Positions 44,601-46,693 of a stretch of DNA of 46,693 bases are shown here, piece after piece (the first letter of the stretch is position 1; every line of letters begins with the position of its first letter). Below the pieces are notes generated by a model. It did no database searches. It had not been told where the DNA came from and saw nothing but the letters and a program-made list of their open reading frames with translations. The translations under genes were made by a program, and so were the position numbers. This DNA comes from an uncultured Chryseobacterium sp. (GTDB taxonomy: Bacteria > Bacteroidota > Bacteroidia > Palsa-965): NCBI GenBank assembly GCA_964394965.1, contig CAYMZV010000002.1, positions 1 to 46,693 of the forward strand. The letters are read 5' to 3'.

Positions 44601-46693
44601 CCCGGTTTCAACTCAGACTTACACAGTGACAGGAACTGACGGAAACAATTGTTCCAACACGGCAATGACAACGGTTACTGTAAATCCGCTTCCTACTGTA
44701 ACGGCAACTTCAACCGCTGCCGCTGTTTGTGCAGGTAACAGCGTAACACTCACAGGTGGTGGTGCAACTTCTTATTCTTGGTCGGGTGGTGTGACGGATG
44801 GAAATTCTTTTGTTCCACTTACAACCCAGACTTACACAGTGACAGGGACAGACGGAAACAATTGTTCCAACACTGCAATGACAACCGTTACTGTAAATCC
44901 ATTGCCAACTGTAACTGCAACTTCAACCGCTTCTGCTGTTTGTGCAGGTAACAGTGTAACACTCACAGGTGGTGGTGCAACTTCTTACTCTTGGTCGGGT
45001 GGTGTAACGGATGGAAATGCTTTTGTTCCACTTTCAACACAGACATACACAGTGACAGGAACAGACGGAAATTCCTGTTCAAATACAGCAATGATAACGG
45101 TAACGGTAAATCCTTTACCAGCTGTAACCGCAACTTCAACCGCTGCCGCTGTTTGCGCCGGTAACAGCGTAACACTCACAGGCGGTGGTGCAACTTCCTA
45201 CTCTTGGTCGGGTGGTGTAACGGATGGAAATTCTTTTGTTCCACTTGCAACTCAGACTTACACAGTGACAGGAACTGACGGAAACAATTGTTCCAACACT
45301 GCAATGACAACAGTAACTGTAAATCCATTGCCAACTGTAACGGCAACAGCAACTGCGGCTGCAGTTTGTGAAGGAAACAGTGTAACACTCACGGGCGGTG
45401 GTGCTACTTCCTATTCTTGGACAGGTGGCGTAATAGATGCTGTATCATTCATTCCACCAGCGACACAGACTTATACGGTAACCGGAACAGATGGAAACAA
45501 TTGCACAAACACGGCAACAATAACCGTTACTGTAAATCCATTGCCAACTGTAACTGCAACTTCAACTGCCGCCGCTGTTTGCGCCGGTAACAGTGTAACA
45601 CTCACGGGCGGCGGTGCAACTTCCTATTCCTGGTCGGGTGGTGTAACTGACGGAAATTCTTTTGTTCCACTTACAACTCAGACATATACAGTGACAGGAA
45701 CAGACGGAAATAATTGTTCAAACACTGCAATGACAACTGTAACTGTAAATCCATTGCCAACTGTAACTGCAACTTCAACTGCCGCCGCTGTTTGTGCCGG
45801 TAACAGCGTTACACTCACGGGTGGTGGTGCAACTTCCTATTCCTGGTCGGGTGGAGTAATAGATGCTGTATCATTCATTCCAGCCTCGACACTGACTTAT
45901 ACAGTGACAGGAACAGATGCAAACGGTTGCACGAATACTGCAATGACAACAGTAACTGTCAATCCGAATCCGATTGTAAACGTCGGTCCGGATCAAGCCA
46001 TTTGCAGCGGAACGATCCTGTTGGATGCGGGCAATGTAGGTGACACCTATGCATGGAACGATGCAAGCACTGGACAAACACTTACAGCTGCGTCTTCCGG
46101 TATTTATTGGGTGGATGTAACGAATGCTTCCGGATGTACAACACGTGATAGCGCAACGATTACCATTAATGCAAATCCTGTTGTCAATCTTGGTTTGGAT
46201 ATCACCCAGTGCGGTGGAACCGTAACACTTGACGCAGGCAATGCAGGTGCAACTTATACATGGAGCGATGGCAGCACATCACAAATGCTTACCGTTTCTT
46301 CAAGCGGTACTTATTTTGTCACCGATACTTTGGCAGGCGGATGTTATGCTTCCGATACCATAGTTGTAGTCATCAACAGCGTTCCAAGTGTTGATCTGGG
46401 ATTGGATGTGACACAATGCGGTGGATCAGTAACACTTAATGCCGGTAATGCGGGATCAACTTATCTCTGGAGCAATGGCGCAACTACACAGTCAACTACC
46501 GTTTCCACTTCAGCAACTTATTATGTTGATGTAACAAACGCCAGTGGTTGTACCGGAAGCGATACTGTTTCAGTAACCATCAATACACTTCCTACAGTAA
46601 CAGCCACTGCCACAAGCACAGTAGTTTGTGTTGACGATGCGTCAGTTGCATTGACAGGAACACCAGCGGGTGGAACCTGGAGTGGTGCAGGCG
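41647..46693 (+). CDS. Giant repeat adhesin-like surface protein; partial, runs off the right edge
   Basis: Not in the ORF track. ATG 41647 overlaps the upstream stop (ATGA). The signal peptide is MKTPMKKLLLLAFVFSAFIGNAQ. Sixteen 71-aa Ig-like units follow (NPLPTVTATSTAAAVCAGNSVTLTGGGATSYSWSGGVTDGNSFVPLTTQTYTVTGTDGNNCSNTAMTTVTV). A second repeat type comes after them (CGGTVTLDAGNAGATYTWSDGST). Confidence 0.8.
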   Translation, partial: MKTPMKKLLLLAFVFSAFIGNAQTASSGPSGVTVTSNPTDSRALGWAGGKTNSYTNPSWPAYNSPCYVYGFRDTLYQAINGNNNQPPNLGCGSMSNLVYNAAQSNLAGGILVYLGTTNYSYVPNWMGGYEVTTLNVRATITITNGAAAPIPILSIGTAKLIRANQNFNVKFLMETFSPGDGTYFADGPNQWVPSITLYDDLHTDPSTSICTSFAYGSYYTFSVNATATNTGPYCQGATISLASTGVAQTGGPVTYAWSGPSYSNATQNPTISNSTTAMTGTYTVQVTDNIGCVGSASTTVTVNPLPTVTANSTAVAVCAGNSVTLTGGGATSYTWSGGVTNGVPFVPVSTATYTVTGTSAAGCTNTAMTTVTVNPVPTVTATSTAAAVCAGNSVTLTGGGATSYTWSGGVTDGNAFVPLSTQTYTVTGTGANGCTNTAMTTVTVNPLPTVTATSTATAVCTGGSVTLTGGGATSYSWSGGVTDGNSFVPLSTQTYTVTGTGANGCTNTAMIMVTVNPLPTVTATSTAAAVCAGNSVTLTGGGATSYSWSGGVTDGNAFVPLTTQTYTVTGTDGNNCSNTAMTTVTVNPLPTVTATSTAAAVCAGNSVTLTGGGATSYSWSGGVTDGNSFVPVSTQTYTVTGTDGNNCSNTAMTTVTVNPLPTVTATSTAAAVCAGNSVTLTGGGATSYSWSGGVTDGNSFVPLTTQTYTVTGTDGNNCSNTAMTTVTVNPLPTVTATSTASAVCAGNSVTLTGGGATSYSWSGGVTDGNAFVPLSTQTYTVTGTDGNSCSNTAMITVTVNPLPAVTATSTAAAVCAGNSVTLTGGGATSYSWSGGVTDGNSFVPLATQTYTVTGTDGNNCSNTAMTTVTVNPLPTVTATSTAAAVCAGNSVTLTGGGATSYSWSGGVTDGNAFVPLTTQTYTVTGTDGNNCSNTAMTTVTVNPLPTVTATSTAAAVCAGNSVTLTGGGATSYSWSGGVTDGNSFVPVSTQTYTVTGTDGNNCSNTAMTTVTVNPLPTVTATSTAAAVCAGNSVTLTGGGATSYSWSGGVTDGNSFVPLTTQTYTVTGTDGNNCSNTAMTTVTVNPLPTVTATSTASAVCAGNSVTLTGGGATSYSWSGGVTDGNAFVPLSTQTYTVTGTDGNSCSNTAMITVTVNPLPAVTATSTAAAVCAGNSVTLTGGGATSYSWSGGVTDGNSFVPLATQTYTVTGTDGNNCSNTAMTTVTVNPLPTVTATATAAAVCEGNSVTLTGGGATSYSWTGGVIDAVSFIPPATQTYTVTGTDGNNCTNTATITVTVNPLPTVTATSTAAAVCAGNSVTLTGGGATSYSWSGGVTDGNSFVPLTTQTYTVTGTDGNNCSNTAMTTVTVNPLPTVTATSTAAAVCAGNSVTLTGGGATSYSWSGGVIDAVSFIPASTLTYTVTGTDANGCTNTAMTTVTVNPNPIVNVGPDQAICSGTILLDAGNVGDTYAWNDASTGQTLTAASSGIYWVDVTNASGCTTRDSATITINANPVVNLGLDITQCGGTVTLDAGNAGATYTWSDGSTSQMLTVSSSGTYFVTDTLAGGCYASDTIVVVINSVPSVDLGLDVTQCGGSVTLNAGNAGSTYLWSNGATTQSTTVSTSATYYVDVTNASGCTGSDTVSVTINTLPTVTATATSTVVCVDDASVALTGTPAGGTWSGAG
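42551..45958 (+). repeat. Sixteen in-frame tandem repeats of 213 bp
   Basis: The unit boundary string GTAAATCC recurs every 213 bp from 42551 to 45959. Confidence 0.9.
43228..45314 (+). repeat. Perfect higher-order duplication of five repeat units, 1022 identical bp at a 1065-bp offset
   Basis: 43228..44249 equals 44293..45314 by spot checks. Three pairs of track ORFs have identical translations: 43371..43574 with 44436..44639, 43898..44110 with 44963..45175, and 43920..44114 with 44985..45179. The first mismatches are at 43227 and 44250. Confidence 0.85.

Noticed and set aside
42620-45388. Repeated about 70-aa minus-strand and plus-strand track ORFs within the adhesin array
   Set aside because: They are repeat-generated shadow ORFs in non-coding frames of the adhesin gene. 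Their periodicity simply mirrors the 213-bp unit.
42551-45958. Strictly periodic 213-bp repeats that could superficially suggest a CRISPR-like array
   Set aside because: The units are contiguous with no unique spacers. They are far longer than CRISPR repeats and lie in one continuous open reading frame that encodes Ig-like modules.
1-46693. Search for defence-system hallmarks, mobile elements, sigma/anti-sigma pairs and DNA-binding response regulators
   Set aside because: I could not recognise any nuclease, helicase, methylase, reverse transcriptase, integrase or transposase. I also found no ECF sigma or effector-domain response regulator in any frame. The island looks chromosomal and regulatory rather than mobile.

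Overview
This is a Bacteroidota-type chromosomal segment. The evidence is several T9SS C-terminal sorting domains, a PorP/SprF gene, SprB-type repeats, TTTG-type -7 promoter boxes and no Shine-Dalgarno signals. I saw no rRNA, tRNA, CRISPR array, transposase or integrase. Nearly everything from 1 to 38.7 kb is on the minus strand.

Bases 1 to 31.3 kb form a dense stress and signalling island. It holds two ice-binding-like (DUF3494) genes, an SDR, catalase, Dps, CsbD, MlaEFD, an AI-2E transporter, YihY, DUF1003 and DUF2061 proteins, and two lmo0937-type mini-proteins. It also holds an operon of a PSD-like decarboxylase, an aminotransferase and a cyanophycinase, and an unusually rich signalling set. 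That set comprises two hybrid histidine kinases, a triple-PAS protein, an Hpt protein, five stand-alone receivers, two DHp-only coiled-coil proteins and one AraC-type regulator.

The strongest signal is non-coding. A 41-bp motif (TGTGAAT-N2-TRYAAC-N10-AGTT-N2-GTAACA) occurs 13 times. Every copy is intergenic and oriented with the downstream gene. A CAnnTTTG -7-like box follows 20 nt later in 11 copies and 19 nt in one; the thirteenth copy (l) has only a weak box. These copies partition 1 to 31.3 kb into about 13 transcription units, which looks like one undescribed general-stress or cold regulon with its own phosphorelay.

Bases 31.7 to 46.7 kb are a T9SS surface-protein cluster: a type-B cargo with PorP, two type-A cargos, and a giant adhesin. 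The adhesin contains 16 tandem 213-bp repeats with a perfect 5-unit duplication.

All product calls come from motif recognition by eye. No database search was run.
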